This document shows, piece after piece, positions 12,601 through 26,000 of a stretch of 64,000 nucleotides of DNA. The stretch lies in contig NW_019091358.1 in NCBI RefSeq assembly GCF_001949145.1, positions 2,846,535 through 2,910,534 on the forward strand, written 5' to 3'. The notes under the pieces were generated by a model. It did not search any database. It saw nothing but the letters and a program-made list of their open reading frames with translations, and was not told the origin of the DNA. The DNA is from Acanthaster planci (Eukaryota). How positions within the stretch are numbered: position 1 is the first letter of the stretch; the number at the start of each line of letters is the position of its first letter. The position numbers were made by a program, and so were the translations under genes.

Positions 12601-14337
12601 TTACAGTTCTGTCATATTTTCGAGATCGATGTCCCACTCTCACTTTCTTTGAAAAACGGATTTCGAATAGGGCGTGGTGCTCAGGGTCATTTTTGAAAAT
12701 GGCGTTGCTGGGACGCGCGCAGCCGTTAGCCGGTCGAGTGTAATCGTCATTTGGTGGCATCTTGCTCCATACTCTCGTCGGCAGCTTGCATGAGTCGTCT
12801 CATCACTTACTGCCTACCTGTGGAACTTCGTGTTGCGCATCGTGAAGAACACATATCTTCAACTGCACCATCTCGATCTGTCTGTTGAAAAGTGTATGCA
12901 CACCTCCCACCCAATCCAACGACCCACCGCTGCTAATAAGCAAGGCCAGTACAGCAAAATGCCATCCTACGAAGTATGCCGGTAATACATTACACCAATT
13001 ACCTACAAGATTCCATAACAGCTTTAGCATCATTACAATAGGGTCACGAACACGAAAGAAGAGAAAAAAGGTAGTCGTGAGCTGAGCGTGGAGTTATGGA
13101 TAAATCTTGCGTATTAGTATGCTACATTATAACACGATGTAACTTGCTTCCACATGCGTTTCGAATGTTTACATTTTGCTATTAAAGCCTCGTTTGTTGA
13201 TGACAGTGGAAGATGGATCGGTACACGTTCCTCGTCAGACATGTGGCGACCTTGTGAAATGATGCCACATGAACATGTTTCATTAGTATTCAGTCAAATA
13301 TGCCTTACCATACGACTAAGGGACGTAATCACTGCATGGGAATGGTGAAATGTATGCCAAAATGTAGACCCTCGCCAGTTTTCTCTTCTGAAGACAGTCA
13401 CCATATTTGTGCTTTTCCAAGGTGAAAAAATTGAATGTTAACGTAATTTTTTTCTGTTAATTAATCACGAGTTTGATTCCAAGAGATCCTCGTTTACCTA
13501 TAGATAATCAGCGCGGGACTTCTGTTGCACTGCACATTGGTATTTTTCGACGAGAAAAACAGCAAGCCGACCCAAGGTTTGGAAGCGTGCTTCTGTGGAC
13601 TGGCTGTGACCCTCATTATCCTTGCGTGGGGCCACGACGCTGGCGCGCCAATGAACCCGGCCAGGGACTTGACTGGAAGGCTCCTGTCATGGATGGCCGG
13701 GTATGGAAACGAAGTATGGATGTAAGTCTGCTTTCACGTACCTTCTAACTGCAGTTGTAACCCGAACAAAATCTAAAACCAAATTCAAAAAGGGCACAAA
13801 CAAATTTAAAATGTATCCCAGCCCTAAATTGAAACATGTCCAATATCCACTCACACCTGCAAGCCACACTAATCACGGACCAAAAATAACGACAGGTCTG
13901 TTAAGTGGCTTCCTTGTTCCGTGTTCAAAGGCCGGTCCGTGTACTTAAAGCAGATGCGACAGCAAAGCAAAATCTGACTTCACAAAACGTTTGCAGCAAG
14001 ATAGGCTTGAGTTGAACATGCAAATTGCTGCGGTGTGACGTCAAGCACGAGTAAAACTATTGAGCATTATTCCTGAAATCAATACCAATACGACTTCTGC
14101 CAACAATGTCTCATTGGAAACCAGCTTTCTTGTTTTACATTTCTGATCCCGCATTTGCGGCATGCTTCCAGGCCTCGCGAAGCGCCTTGGTGGTTGGTGG
14201 CTACTATCGTGCCGCTGGTAGGAGGAATATGCGGCGCAAACTTCTACGTCTTCTTTGTTGAAATGCACCATCCAGAAACTATGGCCGAGGACTACCAAAG
14301 GGTTCAAGGTACCCCAGCAGAAGAACTCGGTAATTAA
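9557..14337 (+). CDS. Aquaglyceroporin (MIP family, AQP3/7/9/10-like), copy A; 6 coding exons; 1-nt frameshift in exon 4 as assembled
   Basis: Exons 9557-9655, 10472-10598, 11648-11785, 12382-12499, 13504-13721, 14172-14337, all GT-AG. Motifs: AETAGTF (TM1), VSGGHVNPS (loop B), IFCSYP (loop C), MNPARD (loop E, with the glyceroporin Asp), FVEMHHP (C-terminus). About 288 aa if the frameshift is corrected. Confidence 0.9.
10472..10598 (+). CDS. Aquaglyceroporin A exon 2 (127 nt)
   Basis: CAG acceptor; IFVDGGLAQGVVSGWTSGTPVSTAFTTGLGVSFGIFTGLGVS; donor GTGCGT; same length as copy B exon 2. Confidence 0.9.
11012..11256. mobile_element. MITE-like remnant (CAGGTGCGGATCC-type termini) in AQP A intron 2
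   Basis: Left CAGGATTGGATCC plus a G-run; right C-run plus GGATCCGCACCTG; the exact reverse complement of the right end recurs at 8711-8723. Confidence 0.5.
11648..11785 (+). CDS. Aquaglyceroporin A exon 3 (138 nt, loop B NPS)
   Basis: Poly-T TAG acceptor; GHVNPSVTIGLASVGKFDWRRVPLWITAQLIGALAAAVVVFGIYY; donor GTAAG. Confidence 0.92.
12047..12135 (+). mobile_element. tRNA-derived SINE head / tRNA-like pseudogene in AQP A intron 3
   Basis: GGGGCTGGATAGCTCAGTTGGTAGAGCGCCGG is a tRNA 5' half with A box; B box and T-arm degraded (GGTAAATTTAC); no acceptor-stem closure. Confidence 0.6.
12382..12499 (+). CDS. Aquaglyceroporin A exon 4 (118 nt; 1 nt shorter than paralog)
   Basis: GINNLDGGNRTVFGPTGTGVIFCSYPQPYFGI, then a frame slip to VGLAEQ; donor GTGAGT at 12500. 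Confidence 0.88.
13504..13721 (+). CDS. Aquaglyceroporin A exon 5 (218 nt, loop E NPARD)
   Basis: TAG acceptor; IISAGLLLHCTLVFFDEKN...WGHDAGAPMNPARDLTGRLLSWMAGYGNEVW; donor GTAAGT. Confidence 0.93.
14172..14337 (+). CDS. Aquaglyceroporin A exon 6 (TM6 and C-terminus)
   Basis: CAG acceptor; PREAPWWLVATIVPLVGGICGANFYVFFVEMHHPE...ELGN, stop TAA. Confidence 0.88.
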
Positions 14338-17300
14338 GTGCAGATGCATTTCTTCATTTTAATGAAAACTAACATTTATGTCACGTTTTGTCCCATCTTC
14401 AATTCTTTAAACTAGATTTTTAAAGAAATCAATCAAGTAATCGATCAAATCTTTGGATGTGGACATAATGTGATGATGTAAATTGAACGCGGACTCAATT
14501 TGTTTAAGAAATACCAGTACTTATATATGTATTCCTTATCATCTGCAGAAATGCAACAAAATCCGTTCCCACTGAAGCCGAGCGATTAATGGCAGGTGGT
14601 TGCCATGACCTGTGGCATTTCTCGAGACAAGGGTGCGCAGTGTGTCAGTATTTTCCACAGGCAACAGATCATGTTCCGGAGGAAATGGGATCCTCCGTGA
14701 AAAAGGACCAGTAAAATAACACACCCATTCCAAACACATAACTTTGAAAGCTTTCTCCAGAAACTCGGCATTGGCGCTCCATTCAAAAGTATAAAGTCCG
14801 TTCTGGACCAGACTTTGTCTTCGAGTACGTCATGCTTACTGCTTCACAAAACACTCGAGCAACTGTTGAAGAAATCACAATGGTACTATGGTACATGGTT
14901 CCATTCTTAATGAAGATATCTCTCGGGCAAGTTTATTTCAAATATTTCTTCAACCTAAACCTCAACTTCCTATTCCTCAAGTGTCGGTGTTTGAACAAAC
15001 TACAGTGAACTAAATCCTGCGGGTGACGAAAAAATGCTTTGAGGAAAAGCGTATGCCGCCCTCTCGTGATATGCCGGGTCGTTCATCACTCGCCTCGTCA
15101 ACCATGAGCAATTATGTACGGCCGAGTCCGAATTACTTGGCTCAAGTTGGCTGAAGCTTGAAATTACGCACGAGTTTATGGTTTTGGCTGCAGCCACTCC
15201 TCATAGAGCCTAGTGTAATTTAAGCTACGGTGAATTAATTTGGACACGACCTAAATCTCGACGTCTTTGCCGCTTCGGCTTCGTCTTGAACTCCGGCTTC
15301 GGCTTGAGCTCCGTAAATGGTTACACACTGGAACCAAATAAAAAACACCGACAACTCTGACTGCCCAGCAAAGACATGAATCTTTTTGTACCAGGAAAAA
15401 AAACTTGCACTGAGCTTGTTGCTCTCAAGTCAGAGGCCCAAATTCATGAAAATGTGATCTAACATTTAGTGAAAATGGCGAGTCGAGTTTTAAGAAAGCG
15501 AGTTTTAAGATTTTAATTCAGTGCATCGAAACGAACCACTAACGTAAATGTTTTGTTAATTTTTATTATCTTATTAATATATTAATATTATTAGATATCT
15601 TATTATTTTTGTATGAAAGTGAAGCGTACAGTTGACCATAGCATGTACAATTAGTGTTTTGCTTGTACTTTATCCTCGCGTTTACAGTTCAAGACGAAGA
15701 TTCAAACTAAAGTTTCCCTTGGCAGGAAAAGACCAATATCACTCCTTCGTTGCAACAGAAAAAAGCACAACAATACTCTAAAATAATTACAAAGCCTATT
15801 CTGGTGAATTCTAATTGAGGTTGGAACTTTTTGCATGAGTTATCCCTGCAAAGCCGTGTGTTCTCTTGGCTGACAGTAACTTCACTTAAAGCACTGCAGT
15901 TTTGTATACCCGTCTCAAGATACAGTATTTCGGTTCAGTTTTTATATTTTCTAAGTATACTTTTTATATGACTGAGTGACATCGATCGCTTAAGGGATTT
16001 CGTATCATTCATTTCAAGGTTGGATCCATCGGGACCAATTTTGGAGTGTCGGAGTGTCATTTTTTTTGGGGGGGGCGGAGCGATTAGATATTGAGGACTT
16101 CTTTATGGGACCACTCAAGCACTTGGCTAAAATTTGAGGCCTTTCACGTGCTTTCTAAAGGGAAGACGGAAAAGAATTTTAAATACCCCTATTTTGGGGT
16201 GCACTAAAGTCCGTTTGTTCCCGCCCCACCCCAGATTCACAGCAGTGTCATAAGCATCCGAACGGCCACATCCACTGATCGCATTACACGCACATTATGA
16301 AGTCAGAATTTGAATCTTATCACAGAATGCGTTATCCCAGGGGATGGGGGCGGGGGTCCGTGGGCTGTAGTAAGTATCACATCCCGTCCATTTTTCGTAT
16401 CGAACAAATGAGGCAATGAAAAGCGAAATGGGAGAAGTGAAAGTAGAGAATGCAGGAGCCTAAATTTACCTGCAAATTTCACGTCAAATTCCTAGAAAAC
16501 TGTCGACAAAGAGTGGCCATGGATGTACATATGCACGCATAACCAATAGCAGCCCGCTACTGTGTAGTAAAGGTTGGTGCAGTCCCCGTTTGGAAATGTT
16601 CAGCTTTCATGTTATGTCGCTCACAGGCTGTCCGGTTCGTAAGTGTGACGTTACTTCAGTTTAAACCACGCCCACTGCACATGCACTGCACATAGAGTTA
16701 CAGGCATTGATCGCCTTTTACATGGAACCGGAAGTTAACGTGCAACTCCAGCGATCGTCCAATGGGAGCCTGCAAATCGTGGTGCATCCAACTTTCTGAC
16801 GAAATCACTTGCGAACCGGATAGAGGGATCCCAATACGACGCGTTTAGCATCGATCTGCGCACTTCCGCGTTTGAAAACGAGGGTGTATGCGTCAGCTTC
16901 ACACACACACACATTGACAGCGGCACGGCGAGATATACACGTTGCATATGCACTGTCTCAGCCACAAAGTGACGCCGTACCTGCTGCTCACGATAGTCGT
17001 ATTACGATCATACGATTGAAAGGAAGGAGTCAAGACACAATACATAAAGATGTGTTAAATTCAGACTTTTCAGGCTGCACATTTTGGTGGAAGAGTTTGT
17101 CAAGATGACTCGATATGCGGCTTGAGAGTTGATGTGATCCTGGCCCATTAACTTGTCGATATCATGTGTATAACGTCCCCGGCCCGAGGAAACGTTGAAA
17201 ACCTCAACTTTGACTTTTATCATACCAGTTGCCAACCCTTTTTGTTGAAAAGCCTAGAATTCATGGTACATGCGACTGAACCTTTGTGAACAATTTCGTC

Positions 17301-18990
17301 GTCATGAAATTTCTTCCGAAACTGGAAAGCGGCTCGCAGATAGTCACACGCATTGCACACAGTACACCGTTCGACAAAAAAATTGGAAGATCTAAATGAG
17401 CGAAATTCACGGTAGTATCCTGATAAATTCAACGACAAACAACCGATTCTGGCTGCATTAATTCTGAGCTATGTGTATGCAGCCAGAACATAAAATTCGT
17501 ACTTCAAAAGAAAAAATAACGGCAATTTACCTCGAACTAACGTACCTGTATATGTGATGGTTGTATAGGTGTCTGTATAATGCATGTGCAGTGTCGAGTC
17601 TGCGGGTGTGCGCGACGAAGTTCAGCAGAGAGAGCCTCAGTTTCGATACAGATATGCGCAGGCAGCGCTACCGTGAAACCCCTCCCTGGAATGCTTTCAT
17701 TCCACCTGTCAGAGTGCCCCTTAATAGGATACTGCCACATTGCCTCCACTGCCTGATAACGTCACTTACACCCCGCAGAGAGACGAGGACAATTAATAAT
17801 TATGTCATTCCACCCGTCAACGCTCCGCAGATTTTGTTATAAATCACTGTTAATCCCCACCGAACAATTTGCCTCCCCTAAAATTGCTCCTGTCACTCCT
17901 CAGCCTCGCAAGAAATTAATGCATGGCATCAATCAGGCTTATTGGGCGAACTGTTGACCTCATTTTATTCAACTTAGCTTTGGCCTGACCTCTGAGCTCT
18001 CACATCAGGCATAATTCCTCAACCCTCCATTGTCACCAGTGTGATGAAATGATTTTTTGGGGGTTGGTTTAAGGTGAACTTCATATTTAAAAAACACATC
18101 TTCGACAGTTATTTGATTCATAAGTTCTAAAGTCTGGATCGGGAAAAAAAGTATGAGTCTCTTCACAGGGTATTTGAAATTGACATACGATGCGTGTGCG
18201 TGCTACCATAGCAGTAAAATCGGTGATTCTGTTTGCACATGAGTATTAGATTTTGCTTTCTCAGTTCTCAAGCCACTACTAAAGGAATTTTCCTTCAAGC
18301 ACACAAAACTTGGATCCTTGTATTGTATCATGAACTGATCTGAAATAGATGAGTAGGGCGTCGGTTTCATCGTACTCGGTCACTCATTTAGAGATCCGAT
18401 GTCATGTGCATTGCTTTGAAACGACGTCCTTTTTTATCCGTACATGTATTTGCTGCGGTTGCAAGAGAAAGAGTGCTGATTTCACTTAAAAAGTAGGGCC
18501 CATTATAGCAATAAGTGTCCAGAAACGCGTCCCGCAGGAAAGCCGGTAGAATTTTATTTTCACGTACATTAAGACTGAGAAAATTATTAACCAACAAAGT
18601 GTTGGTTAATTTGACCAAACCTGCATTTATAAAGACTGCCTGAAAATATTTGTGAATGACCACATCGACTCGTAAAAACCTTCAGGGGAAAAGAACAAGT
18701 ATGCCAAACAGTCACCCCACACACATATTACACCTATATACAATGTATATTCGTGATTGAAATAAATTTAAAGATGTCGTTTCACGTATCCATTATTTTA
18801 TTTGCTTATTATGCGATTAAAGTATAATGAAAATACCAGAACAGTCATTTTGGGGTGGACTTGTGCCGGTCTCTTGCCTCGTCCAAACATCCGAGCCCGA
18901 CTCCGTCCAAAAGTGGGCTTGAGGCCGGTTAAGTCCTCTGCAACACTAGAGACGATGTTTGCAACACTGTAAAACCTCTCTTCGTAGGCA

Positions 18991-19126
18991 CATGGAGGAA
19001 GGACACAGGAGTTACAACTCTGGCACATCAAAGTGCTCGATGTCATCGCTGCTTGGTCAGACGAACAATAGTAAACATTCCAAAAAATGCCTGATTATTG
19101 CCCGCAGCTTTGCCAGACAAGTGGGG
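18991..19126 (+). repeat. Dispersed repeat, copy 1 (copy 2 at 57759-57897)
   Basis: CATGGAGGAAGGACACAG...AAACATTCCAAAAA(A)TGCC...GCCAGACAAG(T/C)GGGG shared in the same orientation. Confidence 0.8.
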
Positions 19127-22100
19127 CCAGTAAGCAATTGTAGCAATTAATGTTTGTGGTGTTTTCTTTGCCATCAACCACAACTTCGGTGACCAGGAAA
19201 TAGAAAGAAAATATGTAACATTAGATTTTGATGTACTTTTCCATTATCCATACAATGTTTGTAATTTTATTTTGTTAGTCCAAAACGTCAGTTTTCAAAG
19301 TCTTTGTACAACTTTGGCTAAGACTGGCCAACAACATGTTGACCACCACAGGACAGTTCACGAAAAATAAAATGTGCTGTTTCATCACAAGGGGTGACCA
19401 TGAGATCTCATAAAATACCTTTTTGTGTAAATTGTGTAATAAAAATCATTCAAATAAAATACAAAAAAACCTTAGGGATTTTTTTCCCCAAAATAAGTTC
19501 AGAAGAAAGCGTTAGATGGGCAATAGCTGCACATGAACACTGCGCAAGAATTAAATTTGACGTTGTTCTCAGATCATACCAAGCACCAGCGATTGCATGA
19601 ATATTCAACTTCTTATACCGACGTACACGACGTTTTAAGGATCCAGATTACCAGCGAAAAATTGCGGCGATGATCGTGGAGTACAAAGGGGGCCTACGGT
19701 TGTGAAACAGGTGGTATATGCGTAGCAAGCATTCACTGCGCTCTGGCTATGGACGTGCTGGACATGCCAGAAAGCGGTGATTGGCTACATGTTATAGCCC
19801 GGGCAGTTCAACTCCTTCTGTGTCCTTCCCCCATGGGAGGCATTGCACGCCACAAGTTTTTTTCCCTGTAATTTCGAATCCATTGTTGTGAACCACAGGC
19901 TACCCCTTCACGAGCAATTTTCGCACAAACATTCAGTACCCACTTCAGTCCACGTGTCAGCACTATTATGTTACTGCTTAATACCCGTAGTTGCAGAACA
20001 ATGCCACGCAGGTTTCAGTTTTCATGTACCACCAAGGAGAGAAGGTTTGCGCGTTTACCATGTTAAATCAACCTCTTTTGTACTAACAGTGCTAGTTGTG
20101 AGAAAAACTGTTGAGTGTGAACTCAAAGTTTGTAAGCTGTCAACTCTAAAAATAGTTGTTTTTATTGAGTAAATGCTTCCCCCTTGAAAAGCGAAATGTG
20201 TCAAACTGTCAAAGTCTTCTGTGGTCATCTAAACTCTTAATCTCTAGCCATGCAAAATACACAATGGAAGAACATTTCACATGACAGAAGTTTTCACAGT
20301 GGATTCATCTGCTCGTTGTGGGAGGAGCGAGTTTGTGCGATGAAGACTAACCCATCAGGATATAAATACGTACGCAGCATCTGTGTTTTAAACCTCAAAG
20401 ATAACTTTGGCCGCGTGACAAAAAACTACGGACCAGGACCGAGGAGAACGTCAATACAACCGAGTATATGCGCGGCTGATGAGGAGAAAGGGGTGTGCTT
20501 GCCCTGGAAAATCATGGGAAAATAAAGAAAAGGATAAAAGAGGCAAGACAATGAAAGAAAAGAAAAGGGCAAGAGAAAAGGGAATGGAAATCGTCAATTT
20601 CCCAACAAAATACCTCAGAATCAGCCCCCCCCCGTCGAATGTTTTCACTTGTAAGTTCAGTCTGCTACTATTGCCTCCCCCGCCCTCGGCCAATATGCCC
20701 CTCCCTCCTGGCGACACCCCTCAGGCAGTGGCTTATCAACGTGATCACACTCGTTCAGTCTTCCCCCAAATATGAAGCCAAATCACCAGTCCCTCTTAGT
20801 TGGTCCTTAAGCCTAAGGTTCACATTTCCGGTAATTCGCGGAATTCTGTTAAAACCTAACCGGCGCTGTATACTTCTCACAAGCTGAATGCTGAATTCAT
20901 CTCATGCATACAGTAACAACAATCGGGGCTTTTAAACAACCACGTTATTTCCCTTTTAACTTCATACATATACAGCTGAAAGGGGAATGTACCGTAAGTT
21001 TTTAAAGCACTGATTGCCACGATTTTCACCCCAAAAGCCTGTATAGCCAAATCCCAGCCATTTTGCTTCCATCAGAAGGCAAATTTGAAAAACGACTGTT
21101 CGGGGAACCATGCAGTCTAGGTGACAAAAACACAGCATGTAAACACTACGTAGGCCCTACAGTATGGTTCAGCATTGACATTGGATGACAGTCTTAAGCG
21201 GTATTATTTCAACTGCCTGTTTGCAAGGTTTTACTTTTCGACTGTAAGGTACTAATTGTTATTGTAATCTGTATTATATGTTCCCAGTCTTGCTTGGAAC
21301 AAAACGTGCTCGGTAGTCGATAGTGATGTCTGTGTGTTAGGTGCACAGCGCATGCGTGGTTTTCATGTTCCTCCGCGAATCAAAGCAACGATCATATTAA
21401 AAGACCATTCAACTAGAAGCTGCGATAATTCACAGCCGCACTAAAGCACAGTTTTGTGCTTGGCCTGTCGAGCTTGTAAGTCAAGTGTGCTCTGCAGGAT
21501 CTGTGAACAGTACTAACAACAACACTTATGTGTGAGGTCGTTTGACTGTCCATGGGTAGAGAACAGTGTTCCTGATTGAAAGGTGGTGAGTTGTAATTGG
21601 AAATGATTCCGCCACACGGACACTTTTTTTTCAGTTTTGCACGCGAACCTAGCTGTGTTAATACATGTATAGGTTGTCCCGGCCAATTTCGGGAAATGCG
21701 CTGTTTAATTTGTAAAATAAAAATTCACTTTCGCGTGGATTTTGAAAATGCCTTAAAACCTTGTTTCTTTTTTTGCAATACGAGCATTCGACTTCGTTTT
21801 GCCTCCTTCAAATAAATGAATGTGAATTACGTTTCATTAAAGAGGTTATAAATAAGTGATTGGGATTTCGATTTGACCTATTCGTTGCCAATAGTAACCA
21901 ATGTGCAATCATATTCACCGAAAATCTGTCTTTTACCGTAAACCTTCGGTACTGAGTATTCATTTTCATTTGCTGTAATTCAAATTCACAGGTTCACTTT
22001 GATTAGAAATATACAGGGTTACAGTAATCATGACACCATAATGAATGTAATGTTACTCGTGAAGGATTATAGTGTGTTTTTTATCAAACTGTACACCAAA

Positions 22101-22902
22101 CAAAGTCTATAATTTTTCTGCATCTTCCGGTTCAGCCATTGCAAGAAGGCCATGATATGTGAAATTTTATGTGATTGTGGCAAAAACGTGGCACGAGAAG
22201 GAAAGGTTACCTCGAGTCAGCGTCGGTGTATGTGTAGGATTCGTACAAAAGTCGGTGTGTTTCCAAAGACAACATGAATGGTTGTGTATCAGTCATGAAT
22301 ATTCAAACATTTAACCATTCTATAAACACTTCTAAGAATATAGCTTCTGTTAGTACACAAACAATTTCAATTCTTGACCAGGTATACCTCGAATACCACT
22401 TCGCTTCAAATGAAAATCGTGCTTTTGAAAGACTGCCAGATTCGCGAGATTTCATCCCTTATAGTTGGTATAATATTATGTGTCGTACTGTAGTGTACAG
22501 CTGTGTTAGTTATGTGGTTGTCTTTGATCGTCACAGCTATTGTACCATTATTTACGGTGATCTCTTGCCATGGTATTACACCTATGTTTGTCATAAAGAA
22601 TAAACAGTGGTTTCTGGAGTTGGACATCATTTATGTTCAGTGTGTTCCCTGAGTGCTCTTCCTGTTTAATTTGGGGACGGAATCTCTGTCCTCCCACGTC
22701 TAACTGACGTGGAGCTGGTCCCGCTACATCATGAAACCTTTTCCTACAACTTGCGACAGATGTTGGAGTAAACAAATTTGAAAAATAGAAACCCGTTCTT
22801 TGTAAATTTCAGTACAGGCCTGATAATAAGAGTTCTACCCTTTTCATAGACTGATGAAGACGTGACGATTGTCGCAGGCAGAAACTGTAGGCTCTGTTGA
22901 CG

Positions 22903-23007
22903 ATGGGTTTGCCTCTGGTTCCGAAGAGGGCGCGGAACTGCATCACGGTTAAGAATGAGATCGTACGGGGAATGCTTGCAGAAATGGCTGGGATATTCGT
23001 ACTCGTA
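22903..23007 (+). CDS. Aquaglyceroporin B exon 1 (coding part)
   Basis: MGLPLVPKRARNCITVKNEIVRGMLAEMAGIFVLV; donor GTAAGT; in-frame stops upstream of the ATG; possible acceptor TTTTCATAG ending 22849 suggests a further 5'UTR exon. Confidence 0.85.
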
Positions 23008-26000
23008 GTAAGTACCTTATTGAAGTAAATCTTTCGACTCTCTGCACCATAAATATCATAAGATTACATGTATAAGTTATTCTTCAGATGTCTATGCTGT
23101 ATACAGATATTTGCGATGCGCTGTGTTGAGATTGTTATTCCTACACTGTAGTCGCAAAAACACATGCGCACACACATGCGGTTTTTTCTTTCAATGTTTT
23201 CTAGGGGGCAGCGACCCCTCCCCCCACAATGCCCATGGACATACATGTAATAGTGAAGAGGCCCTATTCTAATTCAGTAATCAACTTGATTGGTTCCGCA
23301 GCTCTTTGTTGACGGGGGTCTCGCCGCGGGTATCGTTAGTGGATGGATTTCAGGGACACCGGTGTCTACTGCCGTCACGTCCGGAATGGGCGTTGCATTC
23401 GGGATATACACCGGCGTGGCTGTATCAGGTATGTGCTCAAAGAAGAAAATGTAAGGTTAAACAGAGAAAATCACTACGTAGGCTTTAAGTAATGGATTTA
23501 TAAATACGAAGGATGTACTTGTCAGTTGTATTCTGAATTAAATGTTGGTATTTTTTACATTGTTGATAATCTTCTCACAAAACACCTTAAAGGCTTTCGG
23601 TACCAACAACTAGTGTACTTTACCGTAACAACAAGTGTTCATGTTTAACGCCTTTTGAACGCCTTCCCGGTAACACTTCATGGATGTGTTGTTGTGTTAC
23701 CGTAATAATCTAAAGCTAATCACGTTGTGGTGTTCATTTTTTTATGTGTTTGGGTGTTAATAACAAGATACAAAAATACTTTTGTAGGATGATATTGGTA
23801 ACCCTTTCTGAACACACACTTGTTTCACATACAAAGTGTGCTCATTCCTATCTTCTCCGGCGGTTAAGGTAACTTGGGAAAATGTTCCTTTTTCTCCCAC
23901 TAGGGGAGCTCCTTCGAGCTGGATTTTTGATGATGATTGCCTGTATTGTTTCTCTTCATTTTGGCACAACAACCCTGACCCCAAAATGCCTCTGAAGTCT
24001 TTTTTCGGAGAGGCGAAAACATTGTGTGGACGTGTGCGATTCCACACAACGCCATCACACCTTACATTATGGGACTTCCTTTGTGCAGAGGTCCACACTA
24101 TGTAAGCCACACGCGCACACCGAAACACGTTTATTTCCAAAAATGTTCAATTTCAAACGATTACATTTTGCAATTTTAGCAAAGACGCGTTTATGATTTG
24201 GGTTAGTTTGTACAGTGTGCTTTTGCCGCCTTTGTAACCGCAGGGGCACGGGCATGCGTACATCACGTTCACGTTGTGGTGAATTTTTCACTCATTTTTG
24301 TTTACTTCAAAATCGAGTCCCAGTGAAAGAATGTGTCTTAATCCCCTTGGCGTGCAGGTGGTCACGTGAATCCCTCGATTACAGTCGGCTTAGCGTCCGT
24401 CGGCAAGTTTCCATGGCGACGGGTACCACTCTGGATCCTTGCTCAACTCGTTGGCGCCTTGTGCGGTGCTTCGGTTGTCTTTGCAATATACTATCGTGAG
24501 TATGAACTTCTTTTTATAAAGGCACGAAACTGGAATTCCATGTATCAAATTTAAAAAGTAAGGGGAAGTATTATAAGACGGAAACTCTCTTTTTGTTCTG
24601 AAACTGAAGCTGCGATAGATAGAACGTAGGTGGTAGTGGAAAATGTTCAGTAACACTGGCACTCGCCTTTTTCTATTTTTAAATCTGCGTCCTTCACGTA
24701 CAAAAAAACAGTGATCCGAATCGTGATACCGGTAAATCAAGCAAGCATATGATGCAAGATATGGGGCGGAGAGAACCCCCCCCCACCGCCTTTGTGTTGG
24801 TTATTGTTTGATCGGAATCTCAGAAATTCTTTACAGACTTCTAGGGAGATGTGAACAATAGTCTAGAGTGTGTATAGGGATTGGATATGTGGGGGGGGTA
24901 CCCATCGGCCCTCATGTCGTGCACGGTATCCAAGCAAGTGTCAACCGCCCAGTTTTAAGTGTTTTCAGCATCTCATGCGAGTTCTATTGTCCAATGGTTT
25001 TTGGGTATTTATGGAGCGCCTGATCTTTTTGTGCGTTAGTGACTTAAAGATACAAATGTATTCATTTTGGGAAGTCGTATGATTTATGATTCCTATTGTT
25101 TGCGTAGTTTTGGAAAATTTTGCGGCTCGTAACCCTCTCGACAGCAAAACGTATTCCATTATCGACGATTCATCGTTTTGCCCGAAGCTTTGTGCTTTAT
25201 TTTAAATCCCTTCGAAGAGCTAGGTTTACTGAACGACAAAACGATTTCTCATGCGTGTATACCTCAACCATTTCTTGTTTACACAGCCAGTTTTTGCCTG
25301 GATCAGTTAGATGTTAACAGTCACACAGACAAACCGGAACCAGTTGGTACCGGTATTCATTATTCAGTAAGGGTCACCAGCGTACGGCTTTTGACGAGGT
25401 AAATGGATGCCCTTGACGTTATCCACAGGAGGAGTATCTTCTATAGTATCCAAATAATTGGATAAAATGTCACAATCCACAAAGCTTTCTTTGATCTCAA
25501 CCTTATCATCTGTTGTCACTGTACGGATTCCTCGTACTGCTTTGTTCCATCCTCTACTAATAATATTTACCACCATTTTTCTTCAAGGCGAAGTGCTGGC
25601 AGTGCACTACCATAGTCTCGCAACTTACCGTTCCCAGTAGCTGCGACTGACCCACAGTTGTGTGAATTGTAGTTAAACGATTCGGTACCTGAAAGGAGCC
25701 TTTTCACCCATTCTTGAAATATGTGCAGTGTATTCAATTCGGCTTAAAACTGTCAACTTTATCTAGGCAGTAGCAAGTGGTTGATATATTGTTAAACTCA
25801 GAAGCTGTTGTCAGCAGCACCACTGGGCAAGCCATGAAATGCTTTTGGCAAAGCGTATTCGTCACAAGTGAGCTGCCAAGAGAAACCAACGAAAAGTGTT
25901 GCATTATTTTCATTTCCAAAAACCCTCACTGTTGCATCGTCACTCTTTATGTCATATTTCTGTCTCGTGGGGGTTTTACCACTGTTGAGGTCTTTCACAG

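Noticed and set aside
22851..22895. Hammerhead-like CTGATGA-AGAC...GTC...GAAAC in the 5'UTR of aquaporin B
   Set aside because: Seven extra bases separate the putative stem II from GAAA, and stems I and III are not evident; probably chance
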